From Trichinella spiralis (lineage: Eukaryota), in the NCBI RefSeq assembly GCF_000181795.1, contig NW_003526943.1, positions 374,487 through 438,486 on the forward strand: a stretch of DNA of 64,000 nucleotides, in the 5' to 3' direction. The notes beneath the pieces were generated by a model. That model was given only the letters and a program-made list of their open reading frames with translations. It did not search any database and had not been told where the DNA came from. Made by a program: the position numbers and the translations under genes. This document shows, one piece after another, positions 27,062 through 39,730 of this stretch. Numbering within the stretch: position 1 is the first letter of the stretch; the number at the start of each line of letters is the position of its first letter.

Positions 27062-28744
27062 ATGGCCGACGACGAAATTCCGCATGCTTATTGGAAAGCA
27101 TGCTTCAACTTGGCCGCACAGTCGACAACTGGATCCACCACCTCCGATGTGCAAGAAATTGACGAAGAAGTTGAACAGCTTGTCTCTGTGTCTTGTCAGC
27201 TGTGTTATTTGTTAAAATGTCGTATGTTTTTCTAGAAACGTGCTTGGCTGTGCGATGCGTTGGCCGATTACTCGAGAAACACGGATCCCGCTTTGCTAAT
27301 GAAAAAGCACGTGAAAACGCTGCTCGACATCTCTCACCAACAAGGTGAACCGAATGATGACCAAACGCGGCTGATTGAACAAACCTTGGAAGCACTTATC
27401 GACTTGACAGGCGATTCAGATTTAGCTGTCAATTTTGGCAATATCGGCGGATATCAATTGTTGAAATGGTTGCTTCGACAAAGCAAACCGAATTTGAAAT
27501 GCCAAACTGCAGAATTGATCGCTGAATTGGCACAAAATCACATCCAATCTCAACAAGTATCATCATCACTGTTATGTTTTGCATGAATATGCAAATTGCA
27601 CCAATCATGACGATCATTTATTATTATTATTGTTGTTGTTGTTGTAGGCTTTGTGCAACAGTCACATAATGCCAGTTTTGATTGCTTTGTTGAAAAGTGA
27701 CGATCAATTGATTATTGTTCGTCGTAAAGCTCTGTACGCTTTGTCTTGTGAGATTAAATTTCATTTTCTCTGGCATCTCGATCCCATTTGTTAATTTATA
27801 TTTTCAGGCATGATTCGTGGTTGCTCGGATGCGGTTGCACTTTTCTGCGGATTAGGCGGAATCAAGTATGTTGTAAATTTGCTGAATGCAGAGGATGATC
27901 AACTGAAAACGAAATGCTGTTTTTTCCTTCGTAACTTGCTGAACGAAATTCCACAACACGCAGGCAAGTATCAGATATTTGTTTTTTTTTCTTTGTCACT
28001 TTTTAATTTGCATTTTATTTCCTCAGATTCTGTCGTTGATATGTCATTATTGAGCACGATAGGTTGCTTGATTGAGGAAAAAGACGAAACTATGCAAGAG
28101 GAGGCGGTGAATTTGCTTCACACTGTCGTTAGTAACTCTAAGAAAGCTTGTCTTGTAAGAAAAACTGATTTTCTCTTTCAAAATGCTTTTATTAATCTAA
28201 TTTTCAAAGGAATTATATTCTAATTAATAATAATAATAATAATAATAATAATCTTTTACACTCGTTCAATCTTTCAGAATAATCAGATTGTGTGCTTTTT
28301 ATGTAATGAAGAATTTCAAATCAATTTTTTTGAATGATTTGTATGCTTGAGAAATTTCAAACACTAAAAAGCACTGACGTAATGTAAATTTTATTTTTTC
28401 GTTATTTTTATAGGCTATGAACACTACTGACGCGTGTTTGAAAACGAAATTTGAAAATCTTTGTGAACTTTGGAAAGCTGAACATCATGATCAAGTATCG
28501 TTTCAAATTTAGCGTTTTTATGAAAATTTATTAACATAATCGCGCGTGAAGTTTTTAAAATACTTTTCCGCGTTCAAATATAAAATTCACGAATGTAAAA
28601 CAAACATGAAAACTTCTTGCACTGTTAAAATCGTTGTTGTTCAAAAAAATCATATTTATTTACCAAAAGTCCGTCCACTTTATATTATAGGAAAAAATAC
28701 AACTGTGTGAAGAGATTTTGAAGCTCTGCACACCAACGGAATGA
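27062..28744 (+). CDS. Hsp70 nucleotide-exchange factor, HSPBP1/Fes1-like armadillo-repeat protein
   Basis: MADDEIPHAYWKACFNLAAQ..EIDEE|KRAWLCDAL; LEALIDLTGDSDLAVNFGNIGG; AELIAELAQNHIQSQQ; RRKALYALS|.MIRG; last exon EKIQLCEEILKLCTPTE*. No signal peptide, which favours HSPBP1 over SIL1. Confidence 0.85.
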
Positions 28745-29981
28745 CTTCAACCATTAAAGTATAACATAATAGGAAGGAAAATAAGAACTGAACAATAAAA
28801 CAATATTTTTTTCAGGGAAGTTGCGTATTTTTCAAATTAATTTCTCCTGCGAAATTGGCTGATTCAAGCTTTGAAATGCAGCATTACATATTCAACCGTT
28901 TATACACATTGATATGCAGTCAACATTTTTATCGATGATGATTTATGGATCTGCGATATAATTGAACAGCAGCAAGGGATACGAAACAACAGTATTTATC
29001 AGCCGATGCACCAGCTTTTACTTATATAACAACAAATGGTTGTAATTCATTAACTGTTGTCTCATTAAACTGAAAATCAGAAATACTTCTTGCTTGTAAA
29101 AACCGTGTTTTTAAATGCTGAACAATAATTGACATTAGTTTTCTGTACTGACTGCAAATTGTTCCAACAACCTCGCTCTTCCAGTCTGCTAATTAAACTC
29201 ACAAGATTTTTCAGTAATCCGATAGAGTTGGCAAACTGACTGATGTCACCAAAGCAGTCATGCACTTAATGAAGACGACGTAATTCTCGATTTGCACGTT
29301 CTGGCATTGCTCCCTCATTGCGCAATATGCTGACGAGATGTAGCTGAAGAGAGCCCACCTTCGCATCAAGAGATAACTTAATGCAAGTTTATATTAATAA
29401 ATCAACATCACTTTTTTCACATTTCTTACATTCTTATAATTAGAAAATTAAACTGTGAAAGCGTTGTGTATAATAAATCAATAAAAAATTATTGTGCATC
29501 AATTCATGTACACTTAAATTAGTAAATTTGAATCTACAATTCTCCTCTTGCAAATGTCGAATATTGCAATACTTGGTACAACGTGACCTTTTCTTTTATC
29601 AGTCGTCAATTACAAAAATAACAGCAGCGCTGAAATAAATATCTTTTAAACGATAAATTTTCAGTTCAGCATAATTTCATCTGTTCCAAAAACCACTGAA
29701 ACACATTACTTAAAGTAAAAAATTTAAAGACATCAAAAATGAAAAGAAAGAATATTCATTCAACCGATAAATTCAGAAAAAAACAACTAATCAGCAACTG
29801 ACTTGAAGAGTTATTTTTTTGAGTTGCAATTATCAGCGGAAGTAAAGAAATTTTGTATAATATTTTAATTTATTCAAATTTTCAACTGATTGTTTTGTTT
29901 GAATTTACACGTTTCAATGCTACAGCTAAGATTTTTTCCGCTAAATTCAAAAACTAGCTTTTTGTACCTGAAAATCACATA

Positions 29982-30644
29982 ATGTGGTAAGTTACTTACT
30001 TTACTCATGTGTGGCGTGTTTAAACTGAGAAAAGTATTTCCACTTTTAAATTGCGTTTAAAAAATACAGTTATGGGGAAAAGAAGAAGGTTTTTAAATTT
30101 AAATTCTCCAAAATGATTGATTGCAATGCGTGAGCATAAATGTTATTGCATAATTTTTTAGGCGATCCGCTCGACTGGCTGAATCAAAGAATCAGCAGTT
30201 ACCGTTACAGTCTGAAAATGATACGGATTCGTCTGAAGAATTGCATATCGGTAATGTTGTACTTCTATGCATGATCAAAACCTTGAACCATCAGTTGATA
30301 TTTTATAATACTTTTAGCAAACAAGGTTGACATTTATATTAATCCTTCAGCGTTTCGGAAAGAAAAACCCAGTGACAGATTCATCCCTGTACCCCTGAAG
30401 AAGATTTTTTCAACGATTGAATCTCATCAGTACATTTGCAGTTTTTATAATTTTCTTCTTTTGCTTAGTGTGCAGTTTTGCAATTTTCATTCGAATAATA
30501 TTTCAGTGAACAGCGAGATATGCATTTTATTATATTATGACAATAGTATTTCTGTTCTGTAATCGGATTCTCTTTTATAGGTTAGCCAGTTCTCAAAATC
30601 TCGAAGGACCTACTACAAGTAAAATGTGCTCTGCTCAATTGGAA
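29982..30644 (+). CDS. Four phase-consistent exons of unknown function; possibly the 5' part of the downstream POU-domain gene
   Basis: Exons 29982-29986, 30162-30250, 30318-30429 and 30581-30644 join in frame via GT-AG: MWRSARLAESKNQQLPLQSENDTDSSEELHIANKVDIYINPSAFRKEKPSDRFIPVPLKKIFSTIESHQLASSQNLEGPTTSKMCSAQLE. The next exon is unresolved. Confidence 0.6.
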
Positions 30645-33600
30645 GTAAGTATTGCATTAATTGGAAATGAATCGAGCTATAATTGTTTGCATATTTTTTA
30701 GAAGCCAAATATTGAATGTTTGTTGAGAGATAAGCACATAAAACTTACAAAAGAATCCACTGAAATTTATCGAATGCAAGATGATATATTTAACAGTATT
30801 GTGAATGATACGAAGAAATTCAAAAATATTCATTTGCAGAATTATTATAAAAGTGTTGAGAATGCGATAAAGAAAAAAATTTTTTAATGAATTTTGATCA
30901 ACATGGCGAAAAGCATAATTGTTATTTTGAGAAGAAGCTACGTCACATAGCATGTTTTCAGTGAAAATTATCAGTTAATTAATTCTTAAAGATTTTTTTG
31001 TTTGATGCGGTTGTTTAACTGAAATTTAAAGAAATAACTTTTTCACACTATGCATTCGCAGGAAAATATTCGTTACTGGAGACTTGAAAATTGTAACATT
31101 ATTTTGAAAAAATAAATTCCTATTCAAAATTGTCGTCATTACTGACCAGCATGTGAACACTTTGGAATAGCATGTTGCAAACAGTTATGTAGCCTAAATT
31201 GTTCGAATACTTTTTGCACTTTTTCAATTATAAAAGATAATTCTACAAATTAGTATTTCATGTTATTCATTTTAAACATTCCAACATACAATAAGCTGTT
31301 GTTGTTGAATTGTGCAACTTTGAATAATGCCAGAGAAGATGTTCTGAATCACAGCAAAACGTAATGCTTTCAACCCAAGTTTTTATTTCTTAGTTCATTT
31401 TTGCAGTGTTCACGAAATCTTCAAAGCTGATGATCACTGAATATTCAAAAGCTTTGTATGCAAAAGTTGAATTATTAGTAAAAATTATTATTCAGCGTTT
31501 AATTTGTTTGAAAGCATCCATTTGTATTCCAATTTCAATGAAACCAGTTTTATCAAGACTGTTCCATTTTCAAATTTTCGCTCACTTCTGACAAACAGCT
31601 TGTATCGGTGTAAAATTGTGAAGCTCAATCTGAAATAATGGTATATTTGAAACTTAGCACTTCATACTATGATGAATTCTACACGAGCAGTTGTTTCTAA
31701 TTATGGGTGAGAAAAAAGTAATCATAGAATATGCTAATTTGATTTCTCTTTCACATTCACTGTTCACAGTTGTATGTCATTTTTGTTCTCCTTTACCCTC
31801 ATCCATTACTTTATATGATAATGTTTTCTAATTTTATAATAAGTTCAGAAAAATTGAGATAATTGAGCTATTATATTGGTGTTTCATTGAAAGGAAAATA
31901 ATTTCCTGTTAAAACAGTATAAAGGCCTACAAGGTAGTTGCTGTTTGTATAATGAGTAGAAAAAAACTTTTACGTCAATTTGATTTCTACTATGACAGTA
32001 ACATTTAACGTTTGTGAACTATATATACATATATATGCTAGATTATGTGAATGCAGTGTATTTTTAATTTAATTATTTTATTAATATCTCTAATCATCGA
32101 AAATTCAAATTTTTTGCTTTAAAACAGACTATTAATCATATAAACAGCTTTTAAAAGTTCTTTTACTATTTTGTATAATACACTTAGCATATATGTAGTT
32201 TCTGCATATGTACAGTGTGTGTATATATAAATATGAAGGTAAAATGTAATTCAGAAATTATTATATATTGCTGAAAAATATTTTGTGTTGAACTTGAAAA
32301 TCTCGTTTTGTAAGTGAACTGTACATATTTCTTCAACGCTGCATACAATTTTAGCGAAGTGTCAACAAGGCACGATATGTAAATTTATTTTTCAATCTAG
32401 AAGTTGATTTAGATGGAGAGATAACAATATGAGTAGCTGTTCGAGCGTTCTCGGATATGAGTTTAATCGAACGTGCTTTGTGCCCCGTTTTGCGGTTCAT
32501 ATTTATAACCGCAGATTTGACCAAACGCCGGGTCTGTGAGTCAAACAAACCCAACAGATCAGTCAGTCAGTTATTATCAATTTTGACACATGTCCCTTTA
32601 TGGGTGTGGTGTCAGCGCTTCAGTGTCGGCCATTTGTTATGTTATTACCAATTTGTGATGATGCTGTTACCAGAGTCGTGACAGCTATCTGACACAGACG
32701 CTGACATTTCAACCGATTAATGATTAGTTCCATTGTTCAGAATTTACAAAACCAACGATTTCAAATTACATCGGGTTATAGTTGTTTTGTGAAGATATTA
32801 TTTGCATCATGGGGAGATAGGAATATTTTATTAGATGGCGCCAAGGAAAGATTTCTCAACTTATATAATTTTCAAAATACCCAACTGTTTGCTGCTGCAT
32901 GACAACTTACATGCCTTATTTAACCTTTGTACAAAAAGAAACATATGATATATTTATCCGTGCAATTCATCAAATGAAGCACATGTAGCATTTAACTTTC
33001 ATTTATATGCAATATGCGATTGTGAATGTATTATGCAATGTGCAATGTATTTTATTTTATTACATGAAACAACTTTCCTGAAACAGTATTGAAACAAGAA
33101 TTACTTGGATAATCACAGCAACCGCAAAGTTATTATAGTATATCATTCAACAAACTTCTTATGAATTGGAAATACACTGAACAAATTGTCATTCGTACTT
33201 GAATAATCAGTACAAGCTTTGAAGCACATGTCTTGGCAATAAATATAAAACAAATGTGCAACATACAATCTGATATTTTATTTTTTCTTAAAAAGCTTTG
33301 TTGTTTGCTAATTACGCATTCCTTAGAATATTCTTTTACGACGAAATAGTTTTTTCTTCATTGTACAATCCAGAATTGTCGCAAAGTTGATGAATTTTAA
33401 TTATTTTAAATAATTTGTTCATTAATGCGTGTTATTTATATGGATTTTTTTACTATCAAGTCAATTAATCATCAATAGATCATTTTCTTGATAAATTCAC
33501 AAAATTTTTACGACATAGGACAAGAAAGGCAGACTCAAACGCTCTCCTACTCGAAGGAGATTTTTCTGATCAATGAACAAATCAAATGATCTTAATTTTG

Positions 33601-33742
33601 TATTTTTTTCTATTAATTAAGGTATATAAATTTATGCTTCATCTAGGAATTAATTTGCTTCTGATATTTCACATCTCTTGTTAATACAAAAAGATAACCA
33701 CCCTTTATACTTACAGTAATCAAGTTAAATGGTAAATTTAGA

Positions 33743-34780
33743 ATGCATGGCACAGTAAAGTCAAGCGAATTATTGCCAACTGCCGACGATGAAAAACGAC
33801 GTCGTGAAAAATTTATTGAAGATTTAGCTAGGCGCTTTAAAAAGGCAAGAATCAAGGAAGGTAAGTTCTTACATTTTGTTTTTCTTTAAATTTTAAATTT
33901 ATTTATAGGAATTAGTCATGATTCGATGACCGCTATTTTAAAGCAGATAAGTGGCAAAACTATTTCTTCGACAACTATATCTCGTTTCGAATCGCTCAAC
34001 TTAAGCTTTAAAGATTCCTTACAAATAGCCCCTATTTTGCACAAATGGTTAACCATTGTGGAAGCAGAGTCTTCTGCTGAGACAAATCATGATACACGGG
34101 TAAAAATACATAACATTAAATATATACATTTAATTCTTTTATGTTTTTATTCAATTCAGAAAACTTATTAAAATTAAATTCAAAGAAACTTAATTAACAG
34201 CTTTTCTGAAAAAAATATTCTGATTTTTCCCTATCAGTGCAGATTCGACTGTATATATATAATTTTCGAAATTTTGTTAATTTTTCAAATAATAAATTGA
34301 ATATCAGACGCCAATTGAAATCCAATGGAACTGCCCGTTTGCTGGTAATATATACATAAGTTTCAGGAAGTTGATACAGAGGAAAATGACAATGAATGGA
34401 ACAGTGGTCATTTTGGTGATGCAATATTGACCGAAGAGGTCGTGAGCGATATGTTTGGCCTTGGGTGGAATCCAACAAGATGGAACTGTTTCTGGCGTCC
34501 AATTGGGGGGAACCAAGCGAACAGCACAACATCCGATCATGAAGATCACAAACCCTCGAAGCCGACACCAACGCATTGGAATTCCAATGCCTGGCTGAAA
34601 CCAACTGCTGGATCGACAACTGTGGATCGATTTTTCCACAACTCATCTCGTCAAACTGAGCATGCCAAAAATGAAAACAGCACTGCCAACAGTAGTAGCA
34701 GTAATAATAATAATAACAATACAGAAACTGAAACTGCTAGCAACACATTATTACCCCAGACTGGATTATTTAAATCGTGA
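33743..34780 (+). CDS. Divergent POU-specific-domain protein with no recognisable homeodomain
   Basis: Exons 33743-33860, 33909-34099 and 34367-34780 join in frame. EDLARRFKKARIKEGISHDSMTAILKQISGKTISSTTISRFESLNLSFKDSLQIAPILHKWL matches the POU-specific consensus. The true start may be further upstream. Confidence 0.8.
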
Positions 34781-34987
34781 GAATCAAAAAAAATTTTACA
34801 CTGTATTCAAATTTTAATTTTTTTATTAAGATAAGAAACCTAAGCAGCAATATCTGCATTTCAAATTGAAAATGCACCACACATCAATGTGTTCAAAACA
34901 ATTTCGATGAGCAATATCATCTCAATGAACAAAACAAAAAATAATAATAATAAATAAATACACTTTTAAACTTGGTTATTAATTATT

Positions 34988-37900
34988 CTACATGCCAATT
35001 CGAGCAGCGCTTTTCAATTTTTTCTTCTTTTTCATCTTTTCCTGTTGTTCATATTTTTCTCGAGCTTCTGAAAATACTGAAACAGCATTTCGTTCTTGAA
35101 ACTCTTTTTCCAACAACTTCAAAGCTGCTAAATTCGTACCAATCACATCCTAAATTCGTAACAGTGTGATGCAGAAATATACATATATGTATACATATAT
35201 ATATATATGTATATATATTGGGGGAAATAAGCGAATTGAAAAATTCCACAACCTACCCTTGTTGCATTCAACTTTTCAGAGCAAAGTTTCCCGAACCGTT
35301 CTAAACATTTTACCGCTTCATCGCATCCAATCAACTGATACTGATGAACTCTATGAATTTAAAAAGAATAAAAAAATTCAAACTTATGAATAAAAATTAT
35401 AACAATTACCTAACAATGAACATGCCACATCGAATAGCAGTTTCCACTTCATAACCATTTTCCACTGCAAGGCTGATCATTTGTAACATATCCACTGCGT
35501 AAGAAAATGGTAACATTATCAAGCTTTTTTCCAGGTCACTTAAAACAAAGTAAATTATTTAAAAATATAAATATATTAATTTTTAACAAACCTGGATGAT
35601 ACACGACCTATAACATCAATAAGATACCGCTCCACTTGAGAAGTTCCTGAAGCTTCCAACAACGGATGTGGAGTTTTCTATATGAAATAAATGCAATTAT
35701 TTTAAAAATTGAAAACAAACTTTAGGAAATTTAAATTTTATCGTGTAGTTTTTATTATAATTTAAACAATATTAAGAAATAATAAACTGAACATTTCTGA
35801 AAATAATTGAACAACTTACATCACCACGTTCGCGTTTCAAAGCTACTTCCCTACATGCTTCCAACGCTTCTATTATACTGTCAGCGCTTTGAACGGTACT
35901 GATAGTTCGTTTTGCCGCAAGAGCACTTTCTCCACGCACTTCGCCAGGCACCTTCATACGAACAATTAATAATAATAATAAATATCTTTTTTATTACAAA
36001 AAGAATCATTTCAACAAATATACATATATATACTAACCACGTCATCCACATTTTCTAAAGCTTTAACTTCGTCCAATTCACGTTCCTAAATGAAACGATA
36101 AATAAATTCAAAAATTTTAAAAATAATCATGAATTCAAAATAGAAAGTAGTCGTCACTAAACTAATTCTTCTTCTTCTTGAAGAACGAGAATTTCTCTAG
36201 TTTTCTGCCATATACGGATTGAAAAATCACAAGATCCAGAAATAAGAAAACAGCCAGAACTGCTCAAATCCATTGCCCAAATTTCAGAAAGATGACTCTA
36301 CAATAGGATAAATTATTTTAAAAAAAACAATTCACACAACATTAAAAGTAAAAATATACGTTACACAAATAAAATTGATTTTATTTTTGAATAAATTAAA
36401 ATATGCTTTTACATTTTTTTTTTCATTTTTTCAATAATGTACATTTCAAACAACTCACATCTAAAGTGCATATTTTCAAAAATTTATCCGCACACCATTG
36501 CTTGATTTTGCCATCTTTTCCAGCGGAAAAAAACAAATGCGTTTTTGGAATAAATTGAACACATGTGACACTATGAAATTTAACGAAAACAAATAATAAT
36601 AATGATAATAATAAAATATAGTAAAGTGATTTGAATACCATTCGTCGTGAGCAAAAAGTGATTTGTGACAGTCCCCGAAATCCATACCCCATATCTTGAT
36701 ACTCTTGTCCGCTGAACCGGAAATCAACAACGAACTGTCATCGCTTATATCAGTGCAAACAACTGAAAGCGAATGCCCATAAAGAGAGAGGAAAAACTAT
36801 AATAAAACAATATATAAAAAATAACAATCATGCTAACAGGCGAATTATACCTTGAATGTATCCAAGAAAAATATTTTGATCGTATTGTCCAATAAGGCAA
36901 CGGCGAGAAATTTCTTATTTTTACTCAACGACAAAGTCAGTGCACTTTCATCCAGTTTCAAAGTGCGCGTATGTTCCAAGCAAAAATCTACCGTACTGTA
37001 ATAAATGAAATTTCAAAAATAAAATCAAGGTTCTAAATTTGCTGCCGCCTACTCTGAATCGCTGACCATTTGCAGACGCCAAAATTTGACAGTGCGATCT
37101 GTGCTGCACGTTGCAAAGTTCAACTGTGCAAAAGAGAACATTATTTTTTTTAATAAAAAATAATTTTTTTCAAAATTAAACACCACTTACCTCGTCGGTC
37201 GTCAGTATTATTGCTCTAACTTCAGATTCGTGCGCTTCAATAGTTTGCAATTGCTTGCCACTAGCAATATGCAACAGCAACAACTCCCCTTTCTAATAAA
37301 TTTCAAATTGAAATCAATTAACCAAATTGAAACTAATCAAAAGTTCACAAATTATCTTAAATAAGCATGAAACAAACAAATTACATCAGTTCCAATCACG
37401 CAGTGCTGATCGCCGACTATGAACGCAGCACAGAGAACATCTTGCACCGCCACTGTGTTGACACAATCCATTTGCTCAGTACTCCAAAGCTTCAAACTGT
37501 CGCCAGCACCACTGAGAAAAAATTGGCTGTCGCTTGAAAATTTCAAAACGCGTAAATCTTTGCGGTGCCCTTCAACAAAACTACGATCCCTTTTTATGCA
37601 CTGAAATTTACCGCTCTCCTTCATGTATAAAATCCACTCTTCAAATCTATTATCATTCAGCAAAATTAACATCTGAAAAATATACAAATAATTCAAAAAA
37701 TATTTTTTTAATATTAAAACATGCACTACTGCTTACTTTCTGGTTTTTGTGGTACTGCGGACCACAGTTCAAATATTTCACCTTTGCTGAAGCCTTCAAC
37801 TGTCCAACGAACACATACCGTGCGCTAATATCATCCATTTGCTCCACGCTCGCAGATCTGGAAATAAGCAACTTCAAGTATTAGCTTGAATTTAAAATAA

Positions 37901-39730
37901 AATTCAAAAAATACTGTCTCTTTGAACGGCTTTTCTCTTTTTCAATTCGCAATGTTGATTCACCTCCACTGAGCACTTTGAATACGTCAACATAGCCGCC
38001 AGTTCCCTGTGAAAAGTTATCATATGCAAAAAATTAACAAACATAAAAACATCAATTTACTGAACAAATCAAAATGCTCTCATTTTGATCAATTTCCAAA
38101 TTTGTTATACGACCTTTGGTATGACGAAAAATTGACCCAAGCTTTTGACATTTCATATATGGCTGAAATATTTCGTTCCATTATTTCATCTTCTTTCTGA
38201 ATTTACCGATTTTAAAAATTTCCTACATTGTATTCAATCTGATCGAATGAATTATCATCATTGGAAGCTTTCCCACGTTTTTCATTACTTGCTTCGAACG
38301 ACTAAAATTTAATTCAAATCACATTCACCAATAAACAATTGCAAAACTTTTAACCAATCAACAAACGTGCTATTAAATATCCAACACTAAGTTTGAAATA
38401 TATCACTTACAAATCAATAGCTCATAAAATAAATTTTTCTCATTGAACAAATTTATTAGCATAAAAACTCTACTTGGGGTGGGCCCAAAAACCATTCTAA
38501 ACTGTAGATCAGTAATTCGTTCTCAGAAGATCCAACAATTAGTTCCGAATCGTTCTTCAAGCAAACAAAGCTCCACACCTACAAAAGAAATCGTCGAATA
38601 TTCACAAAATTTAAGAAAAACCAAAAAATCTGCATGCACCAAATGCAAAGATGCTTTTGTAAAGCATAGGTTTATTTTAATTTAAAAATTATTTTAAAAA
38701 TAAATACTTTTATTACTCATATCACCATTATTACTTTACAAAAACACAAAAATTAACCATAAAGACATAATCATATCATAATCACAATTTTGAATTTAGT
38801 TCAATTTCTAACATAGTTGCAGTGGAACAACTTCACTTTATAAACATGAAGAAGACAAGAAAATTATGCACTGATCTTTCTTACAAATGTAAATTAAAAA
38901 AGTTATTCACCGAAGTGCGAGTATCTGCTATTGTGTGAAAGCAATGCTGGCATTTTAAATCCCAGAATTTGACAAGTCCATCTTTGGAACTAAACTTGGA
39001 AAATTTTCTTTAAAAGACTTACAATAAATATATGAGCATACATTTACCTTGTGATTAATACATCTCTCGTGCTTACAAAATAGCACTTTGTGATTGGTGC
39101 TCGATGTCCGCGAAGACGGAACAAGCCCGCTTCATTTACAATATCCCAAACAATGACAACACCATCCTTCAAAAGAAATACATGTTATCCACAGCATCAC
39201 TACAAACTGCTGCTGGATTCAATCAAATCAGTACAAATTATTTTTCTACGCATCAATGTAACTTAAAAAAACCATTACCTGGCCTCCAGATGCTAGTGAA
39301 AGTCCATCTACAGAAAAAGAAAGACAAGTCACTGCTGAACGATGACCAGAAAAGGTGACTTTTAATAACACTTCTTCTTCATCATTATCTTCTTCTACTT
39401 CTTGGTCACAATCTATTACATTTATGACGCCATCACTGCAACCAATGGCAATTATATTTTTCGCAGGACTTTTTGCTAATATTTTAACTTCACTTTTGGC
39501 ATGAAATAAAACTCTCTAAATTGACAAACAATCTGTAAAATTAAAGCTGAAACGAAAACTTCATAACTTCATGCCTTTTCATAAGTTTTTAGATTCCACA
39601 AAAGAACGTCTTGACATGCTCCAACACAACAATGATCGGCATCCACGTAAATAATCGAAGATGATGGTGAAGCAACGACATTGCACACTCCGGATAAAAC
39701 ATATTTCAAAAATTGCTTGGTCAAACTCAT
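34988..39730 (-). CDS. WDR3: WD repeat protein 3 / UTP12 (Dip2), SSU processome subunit
   Basis: N-terminus [11 protein letters not shown].., [86 protein letters not shown]-terminus [13 protein letters not shown]...KSAARIGM* with TAG at 34990-34988. Confidence 0.94.

Noticed and set aside
28860..29390. Moderately GC-richer stretch with a 62-aa minus-strand ORF
   Set aside because: No recognisable motif and no consistent splice model on either strand.
32655..32695. SECIS-like ATGA...TGA stem-loop
   Set aside because: The upper stem is too short, there is no apical AA, and it is not in the 3' UTR of a gene with an in-frame TGA.
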